Shown here piece by piece: positions 29,354 through 37,125 of a stretch of DNA of 64,000 nt. Each line of letters begins with the position of its first letter. Within the stretch, counting starts at the first letter, position 1. A program made the translations under genes and the position numbers. The notes under the pieces were generated by a model that saw only the letters and a list, made by a program, of their open reading frames with translations, did not search any database and was not told the DNA's origin. Source of the DNA: a virus (lineage: Duplodnaviria > Heunggongvirae > Uroviricota > Caudoviricetes); IMG/VR virus record IMGVR_UViG_3300010368_000011, positions 1 through 64,000 of that record, one strand, 5' to 3'.

Positions 29354-29835
29354 AAAATGTGATTATACAGGAACAAGAATGTAATTGGCAGGATGATGGT
29401 GGTATGCACGATGCATATTGCCGAGTTATTTCGGATGACGAGTTCGATAAGCTTGTTGCGATTGAACAAGCTTATCAAGGTAAACACTGGTCAGATGATC
29501 ATGAAGTGACTGCTGATGAATATCGCTTTATCAATAGTCTGTCTAATCATCCAGAATTTAAATTTCCGGCGCAAGTCGATGGTCTTTTTCTGTTCTATTG
29601 GAATGAAGATACCGTTGGTGATGATGAAGAAGATGAAGAAGATGAAGATGCTTCTCCTAAAACCGTAGTATCTGTTTCTCAAGCACTTGGTGGTCATGAA
29701 ACACCAGAGGATTGGCTTCGGTCGCTTCCTCGGGTGGCAAAACTCCCACCGTATCTTCAGGAGAAAATGGATCGAGATGCTGAAATCGTCGCCAAACTCA
29801 ATGCAAACAGAAGTAAGAATTTCGGTTTTGAATAA
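29350..29835 (+). CDS. hypothetical acidic protein (161 aa)
   Basis: ORF track; DDEEDEEDED tract. Confidence 0.5.
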   Translation: MKNVIIQEQECNWQDDGGMHDAYCRVISDDEFDKLVAIEQAYQGKHWSDDHEVTADEYRFINSLSNHPEFKFPAQVDGLFLFYWNEDTVGDDEEDEEDEDASPKTVVSVSQALGGHETPEDWLRSLPRVAKLPPYLQEKMDRDAEIVAKLNANRSKNFGFE

Positions 29836-29881
29836 TTAATCGTATGGCTTTGTCATATTGTGTATTAAAAGGATTCATTGT

Positions 29882-30229
29882 ATGACAAAACCACCCTATG
29901 TTCATAAAACTCCGACAAGACCAGTTACACGAGCCATGGCGGCTGATTACATTATTGATTTAGAACCCAAATCGTTTTGGTATCGTCTACGTGATCGTTT
30001 TGGTAAATGGTCTGACAATACATCACATATGGTTGATGAGGGATGTGTCAGTTATCCCGAATATAAGTCATGGTTTCATAAGACTCTTAATAAATTAATT
30101 CTTTCGCCTATTCTCAAATTTGCTGAAAGACGATCTGCAACAAGATTTGAAACACAGATTTTAGAAGTATTAGCAACAGAAATAGCAAAAGAGATGGATG
30201 CAGAGATGATGCGCATCCTCGAAAAATGA
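29882..30229 (+). CDS. hypothetical protein (115 aa)
   Basis: trimmed to ATG after AAGGA RBS. Confidence 0.45.
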   Translation: MTKPPYVHKTPTRPVTRAMAADYIIDLEPKSFWYRLRDRFGKWSDNTSHMVDEGCVSYPEYKSWFHKTLNKLILSPILKFAERRSATRFETQILEVLATEIAKEMDAEMMRILEK

Positions 30230-30256
30230 TATTTCGCTTCGGTTTGGTTCGTTTTG

Positions 30257-30264
30257 TATAAATA
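30257..30264 (+). promoter_or_regulatory. T4-late-like TATAAATA box
   Basis: exact TATAAATA 27 nt upstream of ATG 30292. Confidence 0.4.
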
Positions 30265-30291
30265 AGAACGAATATAAATTCGGAGCGAACC

Positions 30292-30963
30292 ATGTCATCT
30301 TATATTACCCCTCAGATATTAAACTCAATCCTTCGTGAAGGTGCTGATGAGCCGGAAGTTGACATCGCCAAATGGGCTGAAAATTGGTGCAGAGATTTTG
30401 AGAGCGCTGTTCCCGATGTTGTTCGTGCAGCGCCAAGAAATAAAGGTATAGTTCGTAGAGCTATGGATTGGTGCAAAAAACATTTGGGCCTCTTAAATGA
30501 AGGATTGTTAACTGAAGAATCCTTCATGGATAAAGCAAGATCATTCTTGGTTGGTGTATTAAAGTTCCCAGAGATGGTATTAAAACTGTTTGATATTGCT
30601 TTTAACCTTGCTACCTTCTTATTCCGTCACATGGCTGGTTATAAAGAAGGTAAGAAGGCGCAAGAGCTTAAAACTGTTCTCACATTCTTCACCGGCCTTG
30701 GCGGCGCGCGTGGCACCCTTACGCAAGGGTTGGGCACCGCCACCTTGACCGTGTTTGCAAAAACATTAGGAGTACTTATGTTGCTTGGTGCGTGCCAAGC
30801 TATTCTTGGTGGTAAACTAGATACAGCTGGTCCGGTTAGAAAACTTCGCCAATGGTTAAACGCGGGGCGTGAAAACCCGAATGATATTGAAGTTACTAGC
30901 GCTGGTGCTAAAGTTGATGAATCTGCTGCGGCTCGTAAAACCCCTATTAATAGAAAAATCTAG
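30292..30963 (+). CDS. hypothetical protein (223 aa)
   Basis: ORF track. Confidence 0.55.
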   Translation: MSSYITPQILNSILREGADEPEVDIAKWAENWCRDFESAVPDVVRAAPRNKGIVRRAMDWCKKHLGLLNEGLLTEESFMDKARSFLVGVLKFPEMVLKLFDIAFNLATFLFRHMAGYKEGKKAQELKTVLTFFTGLGGARGTLTQGLGTATLTVFAKTLGVLMLLGACQAILGGKLDTAGPVRKLRQWLNAGRENPNDIEVTSAGAKVDESAAARKTPINRKI

Positions 30964-31035
30964 AATAAAACCAGTTGACCGCTTCATATAATTGATTTAT
31001 GATCTTGTTGAATTAGTTTTCAGGAAGATCATATA

Positions 31036-31467
31036 ATGTCATTGCAACATCTTAAAGACGAAGCTCTAAAGGCTCGTAAAGAAAAGAACAAAGCCCGTGC
31101 TGATGTGCTGGTAACCATGTTGTCTGATGTCAATATGGCTGGCAAGAATGAGCAACGTGAAGCAACTGATGCCGATGTAGCTATTATTGCTAAACGCTTC
31201 ATGAAGAACCTTGAGAAGACCAAGGCGCTACGTTCGTCACCAGAACTTCTTGAAGAAATCAGTGTTGTTCAGGAATTCATGCCAAAGGTGGCGTCGGCAC
31301 TAAGTCTTGATGATGCTATCGTTAAGGTCTTGACAGAACATTCTGACAAGATTAAAAAAGAAAATATCGGTTTCCTTGTTGGCCAAGTTATGAGAGCCTG
31401 TCAGGGAAAAGCCAACCCGAAAACCGCGAATGAAATGATTACTGCAAAAATTTCAGAAGCCGGTTGA
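31036..31467 (+). CDS. GatB/YqeY-domain protein (YqeY-like, 143 aa)
   Basis: architecture and C-terminal IGFLVGQVMRACQGKANPKTANEMI match the YqeY signature G.vMk...GkAd...v..lv; N-terminal MSLQHLKDEALKARK resembles B. subtilis YqeY start. Confidence 0.65.
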   Translation: MSLQHLKDEALKARKEKNKARADVLVTMLSDVNMAGKNEQREATDADVAIIAKRFMKNLEKTKALRSSPELLEEISVVQEFMPKVASALSLDDAIVKVLTEHSDKIKKENIGFLVGQVMRACQGKANPKTANEMITAKISEAG

Positions 31468-31492
31468 CAACAAGTTGGTTTTATCCTATAAG
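31464..31492 (+). promoter_or_regulatory. strong sigma70-like promoter (TTGACA-17-TATAAG) ahead of tRNA cluster
   Basis: hexamers and spacing. Confidence 0.55.
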
Positions 31493-31536
31493 TAATAATG
31501 TTGGGTGAATGATTCGCCCTCAAAGGAATTAGAATT

Positions 31537-31602
31537 ATGACTATGCGTTTTGAACATCGCGAATTTGATATTATCGAAAAGCCCGGAGGCTTGCGCGACT
31601 AG
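31537..31602 (+). CDS. 21-codon mini-ORF (MTMRFEHREFDIIEKPGGLRD) between promoter and terminator; may instead be a small RNA
   Basis: AAAGGAATT RBS, ATG, TAG; followed by terminator. Confidence 0.25.
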   Translation: MTMRFEHREFDIIEKPGGLRD

Positions 31603-31629
31603 ATACGTATGTGTCATATGTCAAACAAA

Positions 31630-31660
31630 CCCTCCCGGTGAAAATCGTGGAGGGTTTTTT
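31630..31660 (+). terminator. rho-independent terminator
   Basis: CCCTCC-loop-GGAGGG followed by TTTTTTG. Confidence 0.65.
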
Positions 31661-31690
31661 GTATTTGGAAGAAGGAAATAAAACAGAATT

Positions 31691-31762
31691 TGGACGTGTA
31701 ACTCAGTGGTAGAGTGGTTGTTTGAAGCACAGCAGGTCGGGAGTTCGATTCTCTCTGCGTCC
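31691..31762 (+). tRNA. tRNA-Phe(GAA)
   Basis: acceptor GGACGTG/TGCGTCC, anticodon stem GTTGT/ACAGC loop TTGAAGC, T-arm GGGAGTTCGATTCTCTC, A73, encoded CCA. Confidence 0.8.
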
Positions 31763-31901
31763 ACCAAATTTAGACGGCCCAAGAGGTAGCGACAAACCAT
31801 GCTATCGGAAGTTCTGGGTGTACATCAGGTTCGGATTGTCCGATTAAGTCCGAAATAATGGTCTGAACATCAAAGGTGTCGTGGCCGTCTAAAACATTAT
31901 T

Positions 31902-31975
31902 GGTTCCGTAGCTCAATTGGCTAGAGCAATGCGTTGTCTGCGCGAAGGTTGAGGGTTCGAGTCCCTTCGGAATCG
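31902..31975 (+). tRNA. tRNA-Asp(GUC) (anticodon-arm pairing imperfect)
   Basis: acceptor GGTTCCG/CGGAATC, D-arm GCTCAATTGGCTAGAGC, loop TTGTCTG, T-arm GAGGGTTCGAGTCCCTT, G73-CCA. Confidence 0.6.
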
Positions 31976-31983
31976 CCAATAAT

Positions 31984-32055
31984 AGTAGCATAACTCAGTG
32001 GAAGAGTTCTGACCTGATAAGTCAGCGGTCGTTGGTTCGAATCCAACTGCTACTA
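31984..32055 (+). tRNA. tRNA-Ile(GAU)
   Basis: acceptor AGTAGCA/TGCTACT, anticodon stem CTGAC/GTCAG loop CTGATAA, T-arm GTTGGTTCGAATCCAAC, A73-CCA. Confidence 0.8.
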
Positions 32056-32088
32056 CCAAAATAATCTCTAACGAGATTTACATAGCAT

Positions 32089-32161
32089 GATCCAGTCGTC
32101 TAATGGCTTAGGACGTTACCTTTTCACGGTGAAAATGCCAGTTCGATTCTGGTCTGGATTG
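32089..32161 (+). tRNA. tRNA-Glu(UUC)
   Basis: acceptor GATCCAG/CTGGATT, D-arm GTCTAATGGCTTAGGAC (Glu-like), anticodon stem TTACC/GGTGA loop TTTTCAC, T-arm GCCAGTTCGATTCTGGT, G73-CCA. Confidence 0.75.
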
Positions 32162-32188
32162 CCAAAAATAAAAAGAAGAGATAAGAAA

Positions 32189-32416
32189 ATGAAAACTTTT
32201 AATCAATGTAGACTAAGAAAAGAAAATAGTATTGTAGTTTCGTGGATTCCTTCGACGTTCGCCAAGGTCGGTAAGATCGTTGGACTGAAAGAAGGTGATA
32301 CATGGAATGAAGGATGGAAAGTTCTATCTGTTGGTGGTGCTATGACTGAACAACGTCTAAAGGAACAAGAACATCGTATTAGAAGTGGTGCACATCGCGC
32401 CGGGTCTGATATCTAA
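32189..32416 (+). CDS. hypothetical small protein (75 aa) inside tRNA array
   Basis: track ORF trimmed to ATG after AAGAAGAGATAAG; upstream part overlapped tRNA-Glu. Confidence 0.45.
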   Translation: MKTFNQCRLRKENSIVVSWIPSTFAKVGKIVGLKEGDTWNEGWKVLSVGGAMTEQRLKEQEHRIRSGAHRAGSDI

Positions 32417-32423
32417 ACGGTTT

Positions 32424-32496
32424 GCTCCGTTAGCTCAGCGGAAGAGCACCGGTTTACGAAACCGGGTTGTCGGGAGTTCGATTCTCTCACGGAGTA
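32424..32496 (+). tRNA. tRNA-Arg(ACG)
   Basis: acceptor GCTCCGT/ACGGAGT, anticodon stem CCGGT/ACCGG loop TTACGAA, T-arm GGGAGTTCGATTCTCTC, A73-CCA. Confidence 0.75.
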
Positions 32497-32651
32497 CCAA
32501 GTTTGAGGCGGAAGTGTAAAAGAATCTTAATCGTGTCGATTGTACAAAGCACACGAGGTCCGGTTCCCAAGACATGATCATGTTGTTGGTATGATTGACC
32601 GTAACGAAGTCGGGTGAAAATCCCACCGTCTCAGCCAAAACGGAGTACCAT

Positions 32652-32722
32652 TCTAGCGAAGTGTTGTGGCTGCACGCTTGATTGTGGATCAAGAAGATCG
32701 GGTTCGAGTCCCGGCGTTAGGA
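32652..32722 (+). tRNA. tRNA-His(GUG), no genomically encoded G-1 (position -1 is T), A73
   Basis: acceptor TCTAGCG/CGTTAGG, D-arm GTGTTGTGGCTGCAC, anticodon stem CTTGA/TCAAG loop TTGTGGA, T-arm TCGGGTTCGAGTCCCGG, A then CCA. Confidence 0.65.
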
Positions 32723-32731
32723 CCAAATAAA

Positions 32732-32804
32732 GTCTTCGTAGCTTAATGGATAGAGCGGTTGAATTCGAATCAATCAGGTGGGAGTTCGAGTCTCTCCGAG
32801 GACA
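32732..32804 (+). tRNA. tRNA-Arg(UCG)
   Basis: acceptor GTCTTCG/CGAGGAC, D-arm GCTTAATGGATAGAGC, anticodon stem GTTGA/TCAAT loop ATTCGAA, T-arm GGGAGTTCGAGTCTCTC, A73-CCA. Confidence 0.7.
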
Positions 32805-32807
32805 CCA

Positions 32808-33344
32808 TTACGGCGCGATTGTTTCTAATCTAGAATATTCAAGATTATAACAGTCGCACCCGACTTTCCAATTATTTGAAGGATCAATGCTACCCTTTTT
32901 TAAAAAGGTGGCATCCCTCATATAATCTTCCTTCATATACAAACCCATTATATATGCTTTCTCAAATAAATTGTTTTTTGATTTATTACGCAATACTGAT
33001 ACAAACATATAAACATCACATTTTTGTGTAATGTTGTAGTTTGATATGGAAGCTTCATAATTCAAACGCGGTGGAACAGTTCTATCTTTCGTTTTGATAT
33101 CAATTTTGATGCCATCATATTCAAAATCATAATCAAACGTATTACTATGGTTCCAGTATGGATACACTTGTTTTATTGCAAGTTCGCCTATTGAACCTAT
33201 CAGTGTTCCCTCGCCTTTTCTTAAAGAATGCCTGTCATTGCTCTTGATGCTGGCCACTTCTTCTGAATGTACATTAGCTTGGGTAATCATTTCGGGCGTT
33301 ATATCAACCTCAATGATTCCATTATCGTGTAACTTATGTGCCAT
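32808..33344 (-). CDS. hypothetical protein (178 aa), possible PD-(D/E)XK-type nuclease
   Basis: ORF track; E...D...IDIKTK arrangement is only suggestive. Confidence 0.45.
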   Translation of the reverse strand: MAHKLHDNGIIEVDITPEMITQANVHSEEVASIKSNDRHSLRKGEGTLIGSIGELAIKQVYPYWNHSNTFDYDFEYDGIKIDIKTKDRTVPPRLNYEASISNYNITQKCDVYMFVSVLRNKSKNNLFEKAYIMGLYMKEDYMRDATFLKKGSIDPSNNWKVGCDCYNLEYSRLETIAP

Positions 33345-33360
33345 GTATTAATAATATGAC

Positions 33361-33497
33361 ATCTATTGACAAATCATAACATCCGTATATGATAAATATC
33401 AACAATGGGAGAGAATACTATGCGTTTATCTATTGACAAATCATAACATCCGTATATGATAAATATCAACAATGGGAGAGAATACTATGCGTTTATC
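33361..33497 (+). repeat. tandem direct duplication (2 x ~67 bp) of promoter-UTR-start-codon cassette
   Basis: CTATTGACAAATCATAACATCCGTATATGATAAATATCAACAATGGGAGAGAATACTATGCGTTTAT occurs twice back to back; copy 1 gives an 8-codon ORF, copy 2 starts gene 33487. Confidence 0.7.
33433..33461 (+). promoter_or_regulatory. sigma70-like promoter in second repeat copy (TTGACA...ATGATA) with GGGAGAG UTR box
   Basis: hexamers; identical copy at 33366. Confidence 0.4.
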
Positions 33498-33699
33498 AAT
33501 TGGCAATGTTTATAATCATCCAACCGATGGCCCAGTTTATATTAATGGCGGATCATTCTTTGGTGATCATGGTATTTCAAATTGGTGGTATTGGAACAAG
33601 ATCAACTCCGATGGCACTCTTGGTGAAAGCGGTAGTGGTTATGGTGGCCAGTGGCAAAAACTGGATGCCAAGGTAACGGTCACGGTGAAGTTGGCGTGA
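33487..33699 (+). CDS. hypothetical Gly/Trp-rich small protein (70 aa)
   Basis: trimmed to ATG after GGGAGAG RBS. Confidence 0.5.
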   Translation: MRLSIGNVYNHPTDGPVYINGGSFFGDHGISNWWYWNKINSDGTLGESGSGYGGQWQKLDAKVTVTVKLA

Positions 33700-33712
33700 T
33701 CATTCCACATTA

Positions 33713-34459
33713 TTGATAAATATCTATATGAAAATTCAACATCTATTCGAACGGATTGGTAAAGAACCAAAAAACATCGCAAAGCGGTTGAAGAAGCTGC
33801 CTGATTATTCCGGGCTTTCTGATTATCGCAGGATGTCGAAACTGGATGAATGGATTCAATCAGCATTATCAGATGCCGTTTTGATTTCAGATGAAAGCAA
33901 GTTTGCGATGGTGTACCGGTCAAACGGTTATATCATCCGTGTTACACATCGAATTGATCCGGGTTATGAACAATGGGTGAAATATTCGAACACCATTAAA
34001 TCCCCACATGTCCCAGAATATTATTTGTCATTTCGATATGCTAAGACCAAGAACACTGTGACCATCATGGAAGAACTAACTCCACTGGACAAGAAAACAT
34101 ATAAAACCGTTGAGAACTTATGGGAACAAAACTTTACTCCCGCTGTTAATAAGTTCATTCAAAGCAATGCTTCATTCATGGCTGTTTATGAAATGGTTGA
34201 AGAATGGTCAAAGAGTGTTAGACTAGGCAGACACGTTAATGTGTTCGGTGTGAAGGCCGGTGGAGTAAGAGTGGGTTTTGATGCCCATGGAGATAATATA
34301 ATGAAGCGTGGCAACACACTGGTCATCACTGATCCTATATCATATGATTTGAATGACCTTCATAAACTGAACGAAGGTATTGATGATGATCTATCAGATA
34401 TCGAAATCATTTATATGAACCCTGAATTAGAACAAGGGTTAGACGATGAAAGTCAATGA
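33713..34459 (+). CDS. hypothetical protein (248 aa)
   Basis: ORF track. Confidence 0.55.
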   Translation: MINIYMKIQHLFERIGKEPKNIAKRLKKLPDYSGLSDYRRMSKLDEWIQSALSDAVLISDESKFAMVYRSNGYIIRVTHRIDPGYEQWVKYSNTIKSPHVPEYYLSFRYAKTKNTVTIMEELTPLDKKTYKTVENLWEQNFTPAVNKFIQSNASFMAVYEMVEEWSKSVRLGRHVNVFGVKAGGVRVGFDAHGDNIMKRGNTLVITDPISYDLNDLHKLNEGIDDDLSDIEIIYMNPELEQGLDDESQ

Positions 34460-34760
34460 TCTATACGAAGGCGAACAATATCGCCTTAAGGATTTGTGTC
34501 AGGTAGCCACAGAATTTCCTGAAGCGAATTTCTGGATCACTCGCCGTGGATCAGAACAATCTGTTGGTTCCGTCTCGAAAGAATATAATCCAGAATCATT
34601 CGGAATAGGTATCAATCGTCCTGATATCATCGTTGGTGACTATTTGTATTATGCGTTGATGAACCTACACGCACAAGGCTACTGGCGTGGAAAAGCCAAG
34701 GGCGTATTGAAGTTGGTTCACATCAAAAAGAGTGATATTGAAGATATTGTAATTGGTTAA
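34446..34760 (+). CDS. hypothetical protein (104 aa)
   Basis: ORF track. Confidence 0.5.
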   Translation: MKVNDLYEGEQYRLKDLCQVATEFPEANFWITRRGSEQSVGSVSKEYNPESFGIGINRPDIIVGDYLYYALMNLHAQGYWRGKAKGVLKLVHIKKSDIEDIVIG

Positions 34761-35299
34761 TTCAATATTTTGATATCAATATCGCCTTTGTTCATATTGT
34801 GCTGTAAAAACATTCTAGCATTCAAGCAATGAGCCGATGTTTCAAACATATAAGTCCATGTTTTCGAATCTTTGATACCGGTTATCAATGGTGCGTGTAA
34901 AATCATGAACGTGTTTTTACCAAACAGTTTCCTCAATTGAAACAATGTATCGTGTACCTGTTTGCTTCCTTGAGAGAAAAGCGACGGTATCGTTAACTCC
35001 AACATCCTTTCAACGGGTGGGTTCTTAACGAAGGACACGTTTGAATTTTCACCCAGTGGGTTATGTGTATGCGAGATGCCAACACCAAACATGGGAATCA
35101 GATTGTTGAAATTAACAATATTCGATTGACTGTCGTTTGCTATAGTAACTGAACCGTTTTCCAATATCTTAGTGATGAAGAATAGTTCAGGCTTTCTAAT
35201 ACCAGATGGAGTATAAGAATAAAATTCAACTCGCCGGTCACTTTTTTTATAAGCGGTAAGTAACTCAATGGCGTTTATAACGAGGGGTTCATTCGACAT
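34757..35299 (-). CDS. hypothetical protein (180 aa)
   Basis: ORF track. Confidence 0.5.
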   Translation of the reverse strand: MSNEPLVINAIELLTAYKKSDRRVEFYSYTPSGIRKPELFFITKILENGSVTIANDSQSNIVNFNNLIPMFGVGISHTHNPLGENSNVSFVKNPPVERMLELTIPSLFSQGSKQVHDTLFQLRKLFGKNTFMILHAPLITGIKDSKTWTYMFETSAHCLNARMFLQHNMNKGDIDIKILN

Positions 35300-35604
35300 G
35301 TTCTAGCTCTCACGTGTATTGATCCACCTTCTGTAACATCGGTTACCGATTGAAGGTTCGAACGTTCAATACATTCTCTCAAACTCATATTCTCGCTTGA
35401 AATTGTGTACATCCCATTACGATTGGTTTCGAAATAATTGAACGTAACCATTACAACTGGTTGTTCCATATATTCTTCATGTGCATTTATGGTCGCCATT
35501 GGAAACCATAGCGTTGCCATGATACCGATAAAAAGCCACACCACCGATGTAACTATCATTGAATATATGATATTGCCGGGGCGAATACGATAAAAAGTTT
35601 TCAT
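35275..35604 (-). CDS. hypothetical membrane protein (109 aa)
   Basis: track ORF trimmed to internal ATG (MKTFYRI...); TM helix. Confidence 0.45.
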   Translation of the reverse strand: MKTFYRIRPGNIIYSMIVTSVVWLFIGIMATLWFPMATINAHEEYMEQPVVMVTFNYFETNRNGMYTISSENMSLRECIERSNLQSVTDVTEGGSIHVRARTCRMNPSL

Positions 35605-35626
35605 ATTGCATCGTATCAATATTATT

Positions 35627-35944
35627 CTAACTGGTCAATATCTTTAATACACCGGTTGATACATTTTCGTGTGTGATTCTAGTATGTTCGATGAAGTCTA
35701 TGGCTTCCTCTGGTGTTATATTGAACCATTCCCCTTTTTTCTTTTTGTATGACAGGGATTGATGGATTGATTTTTCAACCAGTCTTATTTTGTCTGTCTC
35801 GAACGCCACCATCTTATGAATAACAAGCGGGGATGGGTGAGCCGTCTGTAGTGTTTTGATTCGTTGGATAGGATTTTTTGAAAACCCTATTTTTATAGGA
35901 CCATTGTCATTCGGTCCAATTGCATAAAGATAACTAAAGCTCAT
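35627..35944 (-). CDS. T5orf172 / GIY-YIG-superfamily domain protein
   Basis: YLYAIGP...IKIGFSKNPIQRIKTLQT...EWF pattern of T5orf172 domain. Confidence 0.6.
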   Translation of the reverse strand: MSFSYLYAIGPNDNGPIKIGFSKNPIQRIKTLQTAHPSPLVIHKMVAFETDKIRLVEKSIHQSLSYKKKKGEWFNITPEEAIDFIEHTRITHENVSTGVLKILTS

Positions 35945-35977
35945 AAATACTATTAATCCAGTTCAGGTATTTATAAT

Positions 35978-36304
35978 ATGACAACATCCGTGACACTTAC
36001 ACCCTCAACTGAATGGGCAACAGTTCATCCTCTTCTCGATAGTGATCTTGGTGGGTATAAGAAATTTATGTTCTATTATACTGCTACTCGCGGAACCGTT
36101 CAGCAGATTGGTGAAATAGACATCAATGATAATGGCGTTGCTGTTCAGAACGATCATGAGTGGACCATTGTTCCAAGCGGTAGCTCTTTGAATGTGTCTT
36201 TCGATATTTCACACTTCAACGGTAAGCGCGTATTCAGATATAAAACGACTGCTGGTGTTGAGAATATACTTTTCAAATTCAATATCGATCACAGAATTTC
36301 ATAG
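35978..36304 (+). CDS. small protein (108 aa) homologous to C-terminal domain of the 909-aa structural protein
   Basis: KFMFYYTATRGTVQQIGEIDINDNGVAVQNDHEW aligns with DFFVLYYVITRGANQEAGEIIINDNGTAISMDHEH at end of 14618..17347. Confidence 0.5.
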   Translation: MTTSVTLTPSTEWATVHPLLDSDLGGYKKFMFYYTATRGTVQQIGEIDINDNGVAVQNDHEWTIVPSGSSLNVSFDISHFNGKRVFRYKTTAGVENILFKFNIDHRIS

Positions 36305-36312
36305 GATAGATC

Positions 36313-37125
36313 ATGAAAGAATTCATCATCAAGAGAAAACCATTCTTTTACGATGCTCAACTAAAACGATACCTTGTGCAAATCGGTGCTTGCTTTGCCG
36401 GTTACCAAGTTATGTCCGGTAAACAGAAAGATGGTTTGCCTAGATTTAGAGATATCCCGTTGGTGATGGCTTCACAGGATCGAGTTGTCAGCCATTATCT
36501 ATCCGGTGGTCAGATGAATACAGTTTTATCCGTGCCGGTTTTCTCATTGGAAGTAACAGGTTTGAAACAAAAGCCTGAATCCAGACGAGCACCAAGCCAT
36601 AGTGAAGTTGTTACATATAGAGAAAGATTACCACAGGGCGTCTCTGAGGGCGATATGAGTACAAATACATCAGGGGCCGGTGGAACTCATGATATCAAGC
36701 AGGTGGAACGCTACATGCCTGTACCATACGATCTTAACATTAGATTATCATTATGGGCATCTAATATGGATGAAGTGTTTCAAGTCACCGAACAGTTAGG
36801 ACAACAGTTCAATGATGAGTTGGATATTCAATTATCCAATTCGCCCCTTGATTGGACCTATTTGACCACCCTGAAATTCGCTGGTTCGTTTGATTTCACC
36901 AAGAGTGTCAAAGACATTGGTGGTGGTGGTGGCAATGATGACTATCATATTGTTAATATGGAATTCTCTACAGTGGTGAACATCAGTCCACCAGCCAAAG
37001 TTTACAATGCTCAAATAATTGAGGAAATCCATTTCAATATTCGTGAACAAGACAAAGCTTTAGAAACATCAGATTGGTCTTCACAAGATTTGATTGATGG
37101 TTTTATTATTAGGACTGCTGATTAA
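36313..37125 (+). CDS. hypothetical protein (270 aa)
   Basis: ORF track. Confidence 0.55.
   Translation: MKEFIIKRKPFFYDAQLKRYLVQIGACFAGYQVMSGKQKDGLPRFRDIPLVMASQDRVVSHYLSGGQMNTVLSVPVFSLEVTGLKQKPESRRAPSHSEVVTYRERLPQGVSEGDMSTNTSGAGGTHDIKQVERYMPVPYDLNIRLSLWASNMDEVFQVTEQLGQQFNDELDIQLSNSPLDWTYLTTLKFAGSFDFTKSVKDIGGGGGNDDYHIVNMEFSTVVNISPPAKVYNAQIIEEIHFNIREQDKALETSDWSSQDLIDGFIIRTAD

Noticed and set aside
32435-32692. 85-aa minus-strand ORF
   Set aside because: Lies across tRNA-Arg and tRNA-His.
35581-35640. One-nucleotide discrepancy between my hand-counted positions and ORF-track coordinates around 35600-35630
   Set aside because: Most likely my counting error; CDS coordinates therefore follow the ORF track. 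Hand-derived coordinates for RNAs, promoters and hairpins may be off by ±1-2 nt.
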